From an uncultured Gemmatimonadales bacterium (lineage in GTDB: Bacteria > Gemmatimonadota > Gemmatimonadetes > Gemmatimonadales > GWC2-71-9), in assembly GCA_963730185.1 (NCBI GenBank), contig CAVSQW010000006.1, forward strand, positions 384,001 to 448,000: a DNA stretch of 64,000 nt, in the 5' to 3' direction. Within the stretch, counting starts at the first letter, position 1; each line of letters begins with the position of its first letter. A program made the translations under genes and the position numbers. Positions 21,872 to 32,185 of the stretch are shown here, in pieces. A model generated the notes under the pieces. It worked only from the letters and a program-made list of their open reading frames with translations. It did not search any database and had not been told where the DNA came from.

Positions 21872-24289
21872 TCACTCGTTGCGCAATGCGACGATGGGGT
21901 CGACCGCCGCGGCCCGCCGCGCTGGCAGGTACCCGGCGACCAGCGCAACCACACCCAACAGCAGAGCGGCGGCCCCGAGCACCCGGGGGTCGGACGGGCT
22001 GGTGTCGAACAGGATGGCCTCCATGCCCCGCCCGAGGGCCAGGGCCCCCACCAGCCCGATAATGACGCCGGTCAGCGCCAGCCGCGCCGCGCCGCCCACC
22101 ACCAGCCGAACGACGCCGCCGCGACTGGCGCCGAGGGCTGCGCGGACGCCCAGCTCCCGGGTGCGGCGCGCCACGGCGTAGGACATCACGCCGTAGATGC
22201 CGACCGCCGCCAGGATCAGGGCGATGATCGCCGACACCGCCAGCATCTGCGCCGTGGCGGACTGGGGCGAGGTAACGGTCGCCACCACCCGATTCATCGG
22301 CGTCACCTCACCGGCGGCCAAGCGCGGGTCGAGCCGCCCGATCGCCGCCTGCAACGGGAGGGTCAGCGAGCCGGGATCGCCGCGGGTGGGAAGGACCAGG
22401 TACGCGGTGCGGGCGGGCCACTGCGGCAGCGGCACGTACACCACGTCCAGGGGCGCGTCGGCCGTGAGCGGGTTGCCGCGGACGTCGCCCACGACGCCGA
22501 CGACCTCCATCGACCGGTTGCCTCGGACCAGGCGCCGACCCACCGCGCCGCCGGCAGGGAAGAACCGGCGCGCCGCGCTCTCGCTCAACACGGAGACCGC
22601 CGGCGCATCCTGCCGATCGCCCGCCGCGAGGAACCGGCCGCTCGCGAGCGGGACCGTGAGGCTCGGCAGGTAACCCGGCGACACCCGCCGGAATCCGGCG
22701 ACCGGGGCATCCTCGACTCGCTCGGGCCGCTCGGTCTCCGAGTAGAACGCGGCCCGCTGGTCGCTCCACGTCATGGGCAGCACCGTGGTCAGCTCGGCGG
22801 CCTCGACGCCCGGGAGCGCGGCGGCGGCTTCCCGGAGGCGGTCCCAGAATCGGGTCACCACGCTGTCCGTGGCGTAGTCGGACGCGGGCAGGGAGACCGC
22901 GGCCGTGAGCACCCGCTCGGTCCGGAAGCCGGGGTAGGCGACGCTGAGGCGCCGGAAGGTGGCCACCATCAGCCCGGCGCCGGCCACCAGCATCAAGGCG
23001 AGCGCGATCTCGCCGACGACGAGCGCCGCCCTGAGCCGGCGCGCGCCCAGGCGGCGTGACCCGCCGGTGCCGGCGTCCTTGAGGGTGGTGACGACGTCGA
23101 CCCGGGAGCCGGCCAGGGCCGGCGCCAACCCGAACAGCACGCCGGACACCATCGACACGATCGCGGCGACCGCGAAGGCGCGGGCATCCAGCCGAATCAA
23201 CCCGAATCCCGGGAGGTACCGCTGCACGTCGGCCGGCACCGTCGCGGCAACCCCTCGAGTTCCCCAATACGCAAGCAGCACCCCGACCGCTCCGCCCGCC
23301 AGGGCGAGCAGCAGGCTCTCCGCGAGGAGCTGGGCGACCAGTCGCCCGCGCGAGGCACCCAAGGCGACGCGAATCCCGGTCTCGCGGCGCCGGCCGGTGG
23401 CCCGAACCAGCAGCAGGTTGGCCACGTTGGCGCAGGCGATCAGGAGCAGAAAGGCCACCGCGCCGAGCAGGACCAGCATGAAGGGGCGCGGCCCGGAGCC
23501 GAAGAACGCCTCGGCCGGCCGGGTGTAGAGCACGCGCCCCTGGTAGGCGCCCGGCCAGGCCGCGGCGAGCCGGGCGCCAAGGGCCTGGACCGCCGCCTCG
23601 GCCTGCTGGGCGGTCACCCCGGGGGCCAGGCGCGCGAGCATGTTCAGGCTCCGCCCGGTCCGGTCGGCGGCCTCGGCCGGCGTCAGCGCGAGCGGCGCCC
23701 AGAGCTCGACCCCGGCCGGAAAGGCGAAGTCGGGCTGCATCACCCCGACGACGCTCCAGGCTTCGCCGTTCAGTCGGATGGCGCGCCCCACCACGGTCGG
23801 GTCGGCTCCGAAGTGGCTCTGCCAGAGGCCGTGGGAGAGCACCACGACCCGGTCGGCCCCGGGCACCATCTCGTCGGCCCTGAAGGTGCGACCCAGTCGG
23901 GGCGAGCGGCCGGTGAGGCGGAAGAAATCGGCGCTCACCCGCATGGCCGTGACCCGCTCGGGCAGCTCCACGCCAGTGAGATTGGCGCCGAAGCCGCTCA
24001 CCGCGGCGGCGGCGCTGAACACCCGGAGCGAGGCGATGTCGGTGAACGTGGCCGGGGCCACGTTGCTCTCCCGCTCGGGCGCCTGCGCCGGGCCGTCGGC
24101 CACGAACAGGAGCCGGTCCGGTTCGACGAGCTGCGGGAGCGGATGAAAAGTGAAGGCGGAGGCAGTGCTGTAGATCGTGGTCACGGCGCCGATGCCGAGC
24201 CCGATGCAGAGGACGGCCAGGAGGGAAACCAGCGGCGCGCCGCGCAGGGCCCGAACGGCCATGCGGGTGGCAAAGCGGATGTCCAGCAC
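21872..24289 (-). CDS. ABC transporter permease, MacB/FtsX duplicated (ADOP) type
   Basis: GTG start with AAGGAG RBS; LGIGA, LLIACANVANLLL, IRVALGASRGRL, GIYGVMSY, PARRAAAVDPIVALRNE. Confidence 0.92.
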   Translation of the reverse strand: MLDIRFATRMAVRALRGAPLVSLLAVLCIGLGIGAVTTIYSTASAFTFHPLPQLVEPDRLLFVADGPAQAPERESNVAPATFTDIASLRVFSAAAAVSGFGANLTGVELPERVTAMRVSADFFRLTGRSPRLGRTFRADEMVPGADRVVVLSHGLWQSHFGADPTVVGRAIRLNGEAWSVVGVMQPDFAFPAGVELWAPLALTPAEAADRTGRSLNMLARLAPGVTAQQAEAAVQALGARLAAAWPGAYQGRVLYTRPAEAFFGSGPRPFMLVLLGAVAFLLLIACANVANLLLVRATGRRRETGIRVALGASRGRLVAQLLAESLLLALAGGAVGVLLAYWGTRGVAATVPADVQRYLPGFGLIRLDARAFAVAAIVSMVSGVLFGLAPALAGSRVDVVTTLKDAGTGGSRRLGARRLRAALVVGEIALALMLVAGAGLMVATFRRLSVAYPGFRTERVLTAAVSLPASDYATDSVVTRFWDRLREAAAALPGVEAAELTTVLPMTWSDQRAAFYSETERPERVEDAPVAGFRRVSPGYLPSLTVPLASGRFLAAGDRQDAPAVSVLSESAARRFFPAGGAVGRRLVRGNRSMEVVGVVGDVRGNPLTADAPLDVVYVPLPQWPARTAYLVLPTRGDPGSLTLPLQAAIGRLDPRLAAGEVTPMNRVVATVTSPQSATAQMLAVSAIIALILAAVGIYGVMSYAVARRTRELGVRAALGASRGGVVRLVVGGAARLALTGVIIGLVGALALGRGMEAILFDTSPSDPRVLGAAALLLGVVALVAGYLPARRAAAVDPIVALRNE

Positions 24290-24514
24290 GTTATCTCCTT
24301 GGCTTTGGCGGATGACGGGCGGCCCCCGGACACGCTCGGCCGACCAGACCCGGTATTCGATACGTTCGCGGGAGCGGCGGGTTTCAGCTGGAACCTGTGC
24401 CGCACCATTCTCCGTTGGGTGGCGCCGGCCCGTGCTTGGCGCCACCTTTCCCGGTCTCCAACCCGATGCCGTGATGGCCCTTCGAGACCCTCGCCAACCG
24501 CGTGGGAGACGACA

Positions 24515-25234
24515 ATGAGTGACCTGCATGACCCCGACCGTCGATACACGGATCGGGAAGTGGCGCTGGTGTTGCGACGTGCGGCGGCAATCGACGAGCG
24601 GGGCTCGACAGACACGGCACCAGCCCGTGGTCTGACCCTTCGCGAGCTGCACGAGATTGCCCGCGAGGTGGGGCTCAGTCCTGCGGCAATCGACCAGGCG
24701 GTCGGCGGACTGCGGTCGGGCGGGCACGCTGCCGGCGTTTCCCTCATGGGGGCCCCGGTTTCGCACAAGACCGTCCGCGCCGTGCCCGGCCGTCTGCAGG
24801 ACGAGGCACTCCAGGGTCTCATCAGGGTCATCGAGGAGCAGGTCGACGCGACCGGGACCGTGACGGAGGCGTTGGGAACGGTGCGGTGGACGAGTGTGGC
24901 GCGCGGCCACCGATTCTCTCCGACCATGCAGGTCTCACTGACGCCTGCTGACGGGGAGACGCGGGTTCATGTCGTCCAGCGATATCCCGCGCAGCTCCGC
25001 GCCATCCTGCAATTCTTGCCGACGAGCTGGGGCCTGATGATTGGGGGTGTCGTCGCCGCGTCGATTGGGGTGGGAGTCGTGTCCGGCATCGGGCTGGCAG
25101 CCGGCACGGGGATCCTTGGGTTGGGGATCGGCCGTACGGTGTGGCGCGCCATCTCCCGCCGCAACGAGCGTGTCGTGGAGCGGATCATGCAGACCGTCGT
25201 CGGAGCCGCGAACGACCGTCCGTCGACCTCTTGA
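24515..25234 (+). CDS. Hypothetical membrane protein
   Basis: RBS GGAG; RRYTDREVALVLRRAA, GLTLRELHEIAREVGL, two C-terminal TM helices. Confidence 0.75.
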   Translation: MSDLHDPDRRYTDREVALVLRRAAAIDERGSTDTAPARGLTLRELHEIAREVGLSPAAIDQAVGGLRSGGHAAGVSLMGAPVSHKTVRAVPGRLQDEALQGLIRVIEEQVDATGTVTEALGTVRWTSVARGHRFSPTMQVSLTPADGETRVHVVQRYPAQLRAILQFLPTSWGLMIGGVVAASIGVGVVSGIGLAAGTGILGLGIGRTVWRAISRRNERVVERIMQTVVGAANDRPSTS

Positions 25235-25396
25235 GGGCCACGAAGGACCTGGACCGCGCGGGAAGGGGAGCGACCCGCTGGGATGGGAGTTGAAGGTCAC
25301 CGAATGGGTGTCGGGGAACCGCGAGGACCCGACAGGATTGGCCGCGGCGTTAGATTGGGACGCTCCCGACGACTATTCCCTTCCCCCGGCCCGCCC

Positions 25397-26871
25397 ATGG
25401 TCTTCCGCGCCCGCTGGTTCCCCCTCGCCTTCGCGATTGGCGCGGGCACGCTGGCCGCCCAGTCGGCGGCCCGGCTCGATTCGGTCGCCCGGGCAACTCA
25501 TCACCCGAGAGCAGGTCGCGGGAGCGTCCGTGCTGGTCGCGCGGGGCGGACGGATCCTGCTCCATCAGGGGTACGGCTTCGCCGACGTCGGGCTCGAGGC
25601 TCCGACCCGGCCGGAGACGGTCTATCACGTCGTCGGTCCGATGCTCCCCTTCACCGGGGTCGCGGTGATGCAGCTGGTCGATCAGGGCCGGCTCGGCCTC
25701 GACGACGAGCTCGCCAAGTACGTCCCGGAGTTCCCGCTCCAGGGACACCGGGTCACCATCCGGCAGCTCTTGGCTCACACGTCGGGGATCGTCGACTACC
25801 ACTACCTGGGCGATCCGATCGAGGCCACCAGCCGGATCCCGAAGGGGCTCGACGAGGTGATGGCGCTCTACGCGGGCAAGGCCTGGGTCAACGAGCCCGG
25901 CACCCGGTGGGACTGGTCGATCTCCGGCTTCCAGCTCCTGGTCACCGTGGTCGAGCGGATCACCGGGCAGTCGTTCGCCGACTACGTGGCCGAGCACCTC
26001 CTCCGACCGGCGGGGGTCGGCTCGACCAGCTACTGCGACGATCACTCGCTGGTCCGGGGGCTCTCTCACGCCTACCGCCGGCTCGACGGCGAGTTCATCG
26101 AGGCGCGCGAGAACGACATGGCCTACAACGCCGACCTCAGATTCTGCAGCACCGTCGGCGACCTCTATCAGACTGTGGACCGCGCTCCGGAACGGAAAGC
26201 TGCTCGGTCCAGCGTCGTTCCGCCTGATGGCGACGCCGGAAGGCCCCGGCGCGCGGCAGGATCCTCGCGACTCGCTGGTCCAGTACGGTCTGGCGCTCTC
26301 GCTCAACCACGAGGACCAGCACCGTCGGTTCGGGCAGCACGGGTCGCTCTTCGGGTACAGCGGGAGCCTCTACGAGTTTCCCGCCGACAGCCTGACGATC
26401 GTGGTCCTCTCGAATACGGAGGGGCAGAACGCCTACGCGATAACGCGGGCGCTGGCTCGCGAGGTGCTCGGCCTGGCGCCGCTGCCGGTCGCGGAGCGCC
26501 GCCCGCCCCGCCGGCTCGCCGACCTCCCGGTCGACGCCGCCGAGATGGCCCGGCTCGAGGGAACCTACCGGCTCAAGGTCCGGCGACTCTCACCGGGCCT
26601 CCACGATTCGTACGCCCAGTACGTCCGAACGGTCCGGGTCTTCGATCAGAACGGGCACTTCCTGCTCCAGCGTCTCGGCGAGGGCCCCGAGGCACTCCTC
26701 AAGCAAGAGGACGGGAACTTCGCGATCCGGTCGACCCCGAACACCAGGGTGGTGTTCGCGCTGGTGGGCGGCAAGGCGACCCGGCTCTCGCTCGACCCCC
26801 AGGGCCAGGGGCTCGATCTCGCCGGCGACCGAATCGGCGCTGGCGACCCCGCTACCTTCCACCGGCAGTGA
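25397..26871 (+). CDS. Beta-lactamase-fold protein lacking the catalytic motifs (frameshifts near 25490 and 26176)
   Basis: Signal peptide, GYGFAD, QLVDQGRLGLDD, TIRQLLAHTSGI, VERITGQSF; SxxK is replaced by GPML and YSN by WSI. Confidence 0.8.
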
Positions 26872-26887
26872 GGAAGGACCGGCTTCG

Positions 26888-27058
26888 CCGGCGGACCCTA
26901 CAGCCCTCAACGCGGCCCTGACCGGACGCTACCGCCTGGAGCGCGAGCTCGGGGCGGGCGCGGTGGGACCTAGGTTCCGCTTCATGCTCAACGTCTATCT
27001 CGGACCAAAGCTCCGGGCCGACCCCAGGCTCCCGGCCGCAATGGGTCTCGGCAACTAA
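26888..27058 (+). pseudogene. Internally deleted Ser/Thr kinase remnant
   Basis: ADPTALNAALTGRYRLERELGAG (kinase N-terminus) joined in frame to KLRADPRLPAAMGLGN* (typical kinase-TPR C-terminus); no start codon. Confidence 0.6.
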
Positions 27059-27122
27059 TTGACCAACAGGGCTGCCATCTCGGACCGTTCACCTAAACCA
27101 GCCGCAGTGCGGCGACGGGCCC

Positions 27123-27160
27123 CACAACAGATTTTACCGCAGAGTACGGCGAGACTGCAG
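27123..27160 (+). repeat. Possible left-arm half copy of the hairpin repeat
   Basis: CAACAGATTTTACCGCAGAGTACGGCGAG resembles CAACAGAATCAACCACAGAG of copy 1; no clear right arm. Confidence 0.4.
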
Positions 27161-27210
27161 GGCGGGAGGTACTTTCCACCCGAGGCCTCTTTGCCCTCCG
27201 GGAGAATTCG

Positions 27211-28635
27211 ATGCGCTCCGTGCCCCTTGCCGCCGCCTTGCTCCTCGCCCCTTCCCCCGCCGGCGCGCAATCCACCCTACCACCCCAAGTCCAGGCCTAC
27301 GTCTCCGTCCGCGCCCCGGTCGTCGCTCTGACCCACGCCACCCTGATCGACGGGACCGGCCGGCCGGCCCGGACCGACCAGACGGTGATCGTCTCCGGGG
27401 AGCGGATCTCGGCCGTCGGCCAGAGTAGCACGACCCCCGTGCCCGACGGCGCGACCGTGGTCGACCTGACCGGGCAGACCCTCATGCCCGGGATCATCGG
27501 GCTCCACGACCACATGTACTACAGCTCGCCGGTCGCCGGGTCGATGAGCCCGATGCGGATCAGCTATCCGCGGCTCTTCCTCGGCGCCGGGGTGACGACG
27601 ATCCGGACCACCGGGAGCGTCGACTCCTACCAGGAGCTCAACATCCGGCAGCGGATCCTGGCGGGCCAGCAGGTCGGTCCCGAGATCGTGGTCACCGGCC
27701 CCTACATCCAGGGCGAGGGCGGCGGAATCGGCGCCATGCACGCCCTGAGCGGCCCCGACGGCGCCCGGCGGCTGGTGACCTACTGGGCCGACGAGGGCGT
27801 CACCTGGTTCAAGGCCTACACCACCGTGACCCGGGCCGAGCTCAAGGCGGCCATCGACGCGGCCCACCAGCACGGAGTGAAGGTGACGGCCCACCTCTGC
27901 TCGGTCGGGTTCCGCGAGGCCACGGCCCTGGGGATCGACAACCTCGAGCACGGGCTACTCACCGACACCGAGTTCTACCCGGGCAAGGAGCCCGACGTCT
28001 GCCCCTCCGACTACGCCGCCCTGACCCGCATGTGGGCCGACCTGGACCTGGACCGCCCCGACGTGAAGCAGACCATCCGGGAGATGGTGGCCGGCCACGT
28101 GGCGATGACCTCGACCCTCGCCGTGATGGAGCTGTCGTCGCCGAGCCGGGTGCCGAGGGACCCGCGGGTGCTGGCGGCGCTCCATCCGGAGGCGGCCGCC
28201 GCGGTGGAGAAGTACTACCAGACCGGCGACTCGGCGAAAGACGGCGTGGACCGGCGCGCGCTCGCCAAGGCGATGGCGTTCGAGCGGGCCTTCGTGGCCG
28301 CCGGCGGGCTCCTGGGTGCCGGATCGGACCCCTGCTGCCTCTCGGCCATCGCGGGCTTCGCCGATCAGCGGAACTTCGAGCTGCTGGTCGACGCCGGTTT
28401 CCCAACCGAGACGGCGGTCCGGATCATGACGGCCAACGGGGCCTCGATCCTGGGCTTCCAGGACCGGGTCGGCACGATCGAGCCCGGCAAGACGGCCGAC
28501 CTGCTCGTGCTGGACGGCGACCTGACCCGGGATCCCCGGGTAATCCGCCGGACCCGGACCGTTTTCCGACTGGGTATCGGGTACGACTCGGCCAAGCTGC
28601 TCGACTCGATCAAGGGGCTGGTCGGACTGCGATAG
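27211..28635 (+). CDS. Secreted amidohydrolase family protein
   Basis: Signal peptide, PGIIGLHDH, GVTTIRT, WFKAY, TAHL, NLEHG, AGSD, GKTADLLVLDGD. Confidence 0.9.
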   Translation: MRSVPLAAALLLAPSPAGAQSTLPPQVQAYVSVRAPVVALTHATLIDGTGRPARTDQTVIVSGERISAVGQSSTTPVPDGATVVDLTGQTLMPGIIGLHDHMYYSSPVAGSMSPMRISYPRLFLGAGVTTIRTTGSVDSYQELNIRQRILAGQQVGPEIVVTGPYIQGEGGGIGAMHALSGPDGARRLVTYWADEGVTWFKAYTTVTRAELKAAIDAAHQHGVKVTAHLCSVGFREATALGIDNLEHGLLTDTEFYPGKEPDVCPSDYAALTRMWADLDLDRPDVKQTIREMVAGHVAMTSTLAVMELSSPSRVPRDPRVLAALHPEAAAAVEKYYQTGDSAKDGVDRRALAKAMAFERAFVAAGGLLGAGSDPCCLSAIAGFADQRNFELLVDAGFPTETAVRIMTANGASILGFQDRVGTIEPGKTADLLVLDGDLTRDPRVIRRTRTVFRLGIGYDSAKLLDSIKGLVGLR

Positions 28636-28702
28636 CACCCGGGCCGCCCCAAGCCCACCCGGCGCTCGGAAGGGCTCCGTGATCGGGCGCTCCCAAGAAT
28701 CG

Positions 28703-28793
28703 GAATCAACCGCAGAGTGCGCGGAGGTCGCAGAGGGGCAACGATGCCTCTGTGTTCTCTGCGCACTCTGCGGTCAATCAGTCGTAGTTGTTG
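28703..28793 (+). repeat. Hairpin repeat element copy 3
   Basis: GAATCAACCGCAGAGTGCGCGGAGGTCGCAGAG-GGGCAACGATGC-CTCTGTGTTCTCTGCGCACTCTGCGGTCAATCAGTCGTAGTTGTTG. Confidence 0.85.
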
Positions 28794-29012
28794 GTGCCGC
28801 CCGGAGCCGGGCCGAACCCGCTCCGCGAAGGCGCTCACCTCGGCGTTCGGTTGATCGCTTCCCAGCATGAGCGCGCTCTCGACCCTCGGCCACGACGGCA
28901 GTCCACCTCCGGCAAGCCGATCACCAGGCGACCGGCGCCCCTTTCGGACGTTCCCGTTTGAAACCTGAGAATCATCCCCGGCGTAGGGCAGCTACTTCGA
29001 TCGGGATAATCC

Positions 29013-31451
29013 ATGTCGGCCCTGCTGCAAGACCTCCGCTCGGCATTTCGGCTGATCGTCAAGAATCCCACGTTTTCCGCCATCGTCATCGCCACCCTGG
29101 CTCTGGGCATCGGGCTCAATACGGCGGTGTTTTCGGCCCTCGACGGACTCCTCCTCCGCCCCCTCCCCGGGGTCCGGAACGCGGACGAGCTGGTCCAGGT
29201 CTACCGGACCTGGCCCGGGATGCTCTACGGCTCCAATTCGGTGCCCCATTTCCTCGACGTTCGGGACCGGAGCAGGGATGTCTTCAGCGACGCGGCGATC
29301 TGGGGGTTCGTCCCGATGAACCTGTCGGTGAACGGCCATCCGCGTCGGATCATGGGGCAATTGGTCTCGGCCGACTACTTCAAGGTGTTCGGGGTGAACC
29401 CGACCCTGGGTCGGACCTTCGTGCCCGCGGAGGACAGCGGGCGGGGCGCTCATCCGGTGGTGGTTCTGAGCCATCAGGGATGGGTCGAACTGTTCGGAGC
29501 CGACCCGGGGGTGATCGGGAAGACCCTCGTGCTCGACGGCCAGACCTACTCGGTGATCGGGGTGGCGCCCGAAGCGTTCAAGGGGGGAATGGCGATCCTG
29601 ACCCCCCTGGTGTGGGCCCCGGTGACCCAGAGCGACCAGCTGGAACCTGGCTCGAACCGCTGGGAACGCCGGGGCAACAACTCCTTCAACATGGTCGCTC
29701 GGTTCAAGCCCGGGGTGACCGTCGAGCGGGCTCAGAGCAGGATGCAGGCGATTCTGGGCCAGCTGCGGGAGCTCTACCCGGACGACTATCGCCACAGCGG
29801 GATCGGCCTGGTGCTGCAGTCCGACGCCGGGATCCATCCGATGTTCCGGAGCGCCCAGCTCAGTTTGAGTGCGGTGATCATGGGGGTCGTCCTCCTGCTG
29901 CTGCTCATCGCCTGCGTCAACGTCGCCAACCTGATGCTGGCGCGGGCCCGGGACCGGTCCCGGGAGATGGCGGTGCGGCTCAGTATCGGGGCCCGGCGGT
30001 CGGTCCTGATCCGGCAGCTGCTGACGGAGAGCCTGGTGCTGTCGCTGCTGGCCGGGCTGGCTGGGCTGGCGGTGGCCTGGTGGGCGATGAACATCGTCAA
30101 CCGGGCGGTGGCCGGTCTGGCGCTCCAGATTCAGATCACTCCCGATCTCCACATCAGTCCGACGGTGCTGGCCTTCACGCTCGGGGCTTCGCTGCTGACC
30201 GGGGTCCTCTTCGGACTGGCGCCGGCCCTGCAGGCGACCCGCCCCGACCTGGTGCCGGCCCTCAAGGGCGAGGCGCCGGCGGGCGGTTCGAAGTCGCGAA
30301 TGAGCCGGGGGCTGGTGATCGCCCAGATGGCGCTTTCGATCGTGCTGCTCATCTCGGCCGGCCTGTTCCTCCGGAACCTCCAGGCCGCCACCCGGATCGA
30401 CAAGGGTTTCATCAGCGACAATCTCCTCCTCGCCGACGTGGATCCGGGCCTTCAGGGGTATTCCCGGGCCCGGACCGAGGACTTCTACCGGCAGCTCACC
30501 GAGCGGCTCGAGGCGTCGCCGAGCGTCAAATCCGTGAGCTACACCAACACCCAGCAGCTCAGCCTCGCCGGCAGCGACTGGGGAGTCACGATTCCCGGGT
30601 ACACGCCCGCGCCGGACGAGAACATGTCGATCTACGTGGCGACCGTCACGCCGGGTTACTTCGAGACGATGGGCATTCCCATGCTCAAGGGTCGCGGCTT
30701 CACACCTCAAGACGACAGCGCGGCCGCCCGGGTCATCGTGATCAACCAACGATTCGCCGACCGGTTCTGGCCCGGCCAGGACCCGATCGGCCGAACCGTC
30801 CGAGTCGGCGGCGGCGAGCACACCGTGGTCGGGATGACGCCGACCGGTCGGTACCGCAGCTTGGGCGAGACTCCAACCGCCTACATGTGGCTGGCGCAGG
30901 CGCAGCACTGGGAAACCGGCATGAATGTGGTGATCCGAACCGTCGGCGATCCGCAGGCGGTGGTGCCGTTGCTCCGCCGGGAGGTGGCGGCCCTCGATCC
31001 CAATCTCCCCCTCGCGTCGGTCAACTCGATGAATGACCGGCTGGGCATCACCTTCCTCCCGGCCCGGCTGGCCGCGACGGTCCTCGGTGTGTTCGGGATC
31101 CTGGGCCTGGTGCTCGCCTCCCTCGGCGTCTACGGCGTGATGTCGCACGCGGTGGTCCAGCGGACCCGGGAGATCGGGATCCGGCTCGCCATCGGCGCGG
31201 GCGCGCCGGCCGTGGTCCGGACCGTGATGGGCGACGGGATGGCCCTGGTGGGGATCGGGATCGCGGTCGGGCTGGGAGGCGCGCTGGGCGCGGCCCGGCT
31301 GATGAGCGGCGTTCTCTACGGCACCGGCCTCGATCCGGCCACCTTCGCGGTGGTGCCTCTGGTCCTCGGTGGGGTGGCGGCGCTGGCCATCTGGATTCCG
31401 GCCCGCCGGGCGGCGGCCGTCAACCCGGTGGTGGTGCTCCGCCAGGAGTGA
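29013..31451 (+). CDS. ABC transporter permease, MacB/FtsX duplicated (ADOP) type
   Basis: LLQDLRSAFR, LALGIGLNTAVFS, LIACVNVANL, RTREIGIRLAIGA, PARRAAAVNP. Confidence 0.93.
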   Translation: MSALLQDLRSAFRLIVKNPTFSAIVIATLALGIGLNTAVFSALDGLLLRPLPGVRNADELVQVYRTWPGMLYGSNSVPHFLDVRDRSRDVFSDAAIWGFVPMNLSVNGHPRRIMGQLVSADYFKVFGVNPTLGRTFVPAEDSGRGAHPVVVLSHQGWVELFGADPGVIGKTLVLDGQTYSVIGVAPEAFKGGMAILTPLVWAPVTQSDQLEPGSNRWERRGNNSFNMVARFKPGVTVERAQSRMQAILGQLRELYPDDYRHSGIGLVLQSDAGIHPMFRSAQLSLSAVIMGVVLLLLLIACVNVANLMLARARDRSREMAVRLSIGARRSVLIRQLLTESLVLSLLAGLAGLAVAWWAMNIVNRAVAGLALQIQITPDLHISPTVLAFTLGASLLTGVLFGLAPALQATRPDLVPALKGEAPAGGSKSRMSRGLVIAQMALSIVLLISAGLFLRNLQAATRIDKGFISDNLLLADVDPGLQGYSRARTEDFYRQLTERLEASPSVKSVSYTNTQQLSLAGSDWGVTIPGYTPAPDENMSIYVATVTPGYFETMGIPMLKGRGFTPQDDSAAARVIVINQRFADRFWPGQDPIGRTVRVGGGEHTVVGMTPTGRYRSLGETPTAYMWLAQAQHWETGMNVVIRTVGDPQAVVPLLRREVAALDPNLPLASVNSMNDRLGITFLPARLAATVLGVFGILGLVLASLGVYGVMSHAVVQRTREIGIRLAIGAGAPAVVRTVMGDGMALVGIGIAVGLGGALGAARLMSGVLYGTGLDPATFAVVPLVLGGVAALAIWIPARRAAAVNPVVVLRQE

Positions 31452-31512
31452 CGGGGCCGCGCCGGCGCCGGAAAGTCTCGGGCGGATCTGGCGCATCGGA
31501 GCGGCTCCGTGA

Positions 31513-31836
<324 letters not shown>

Positions 31837-31959
31837 TAGATGCCAAGTGTTGCCTTCGAGAAGGTTACGCCTCCTGTAGAGGCTGGAGGGCGAAAACCAT
31901 CGACCGCGAAGCACGGGAAGAGCCCGGTGGTGGAGGACTGTCGAGCGGCACGGAGACAT

Positions 31960-32030
31960 ATAAGCGCGACTAATGCTTTCCATAGGTGACATTAGCGCCG
32001 CTTGCGAACCACGTCGGGGCTCCGCAGAAT
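31960..32030 (+). promoter_or_regulatory. LysR-type operator (ATAAG-N5-CTAAT, T-N11-A) with -35 TTGCGA and -10 CAGAAT for the mutase operon
   Basis: Ungapped 31/47 match to the dgdR-dgdA intergenic motif at 40966..41012; 17-nt spacer between the -35 and -10. Confidence 0.7.
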
Positions 32031-32185
32031 AGGTCGGCAGCGGAACGACGCCATCCCGCTCTCTGCCGGGTCCCCCTGAATGGCGGTCGGCGTTGACTGT
32101 CGGGGCGGCAACGAAGGTCGGAGCCGACAAGGGGTACGCCGACGGTCGGATCGAGCCGCCGGCTGTCTTTCGGGAGGGGCAACCA

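Noticed and set aside
28835..28960. Possible response-regulator remnant on the minus strand (RLVIGLPEVDC...VVAEG)
   Set aside because: The similarity is too short and broken across frames to support a call.
31860..32185. Cobalamin riboswitch upstream of the mutase
   Set aside because: Only an isolated GGGAAG is present. I could not find the GCCACTG or AG(C/T)CAGGAGACC B12-box elements. An Rfam scan would settle it.
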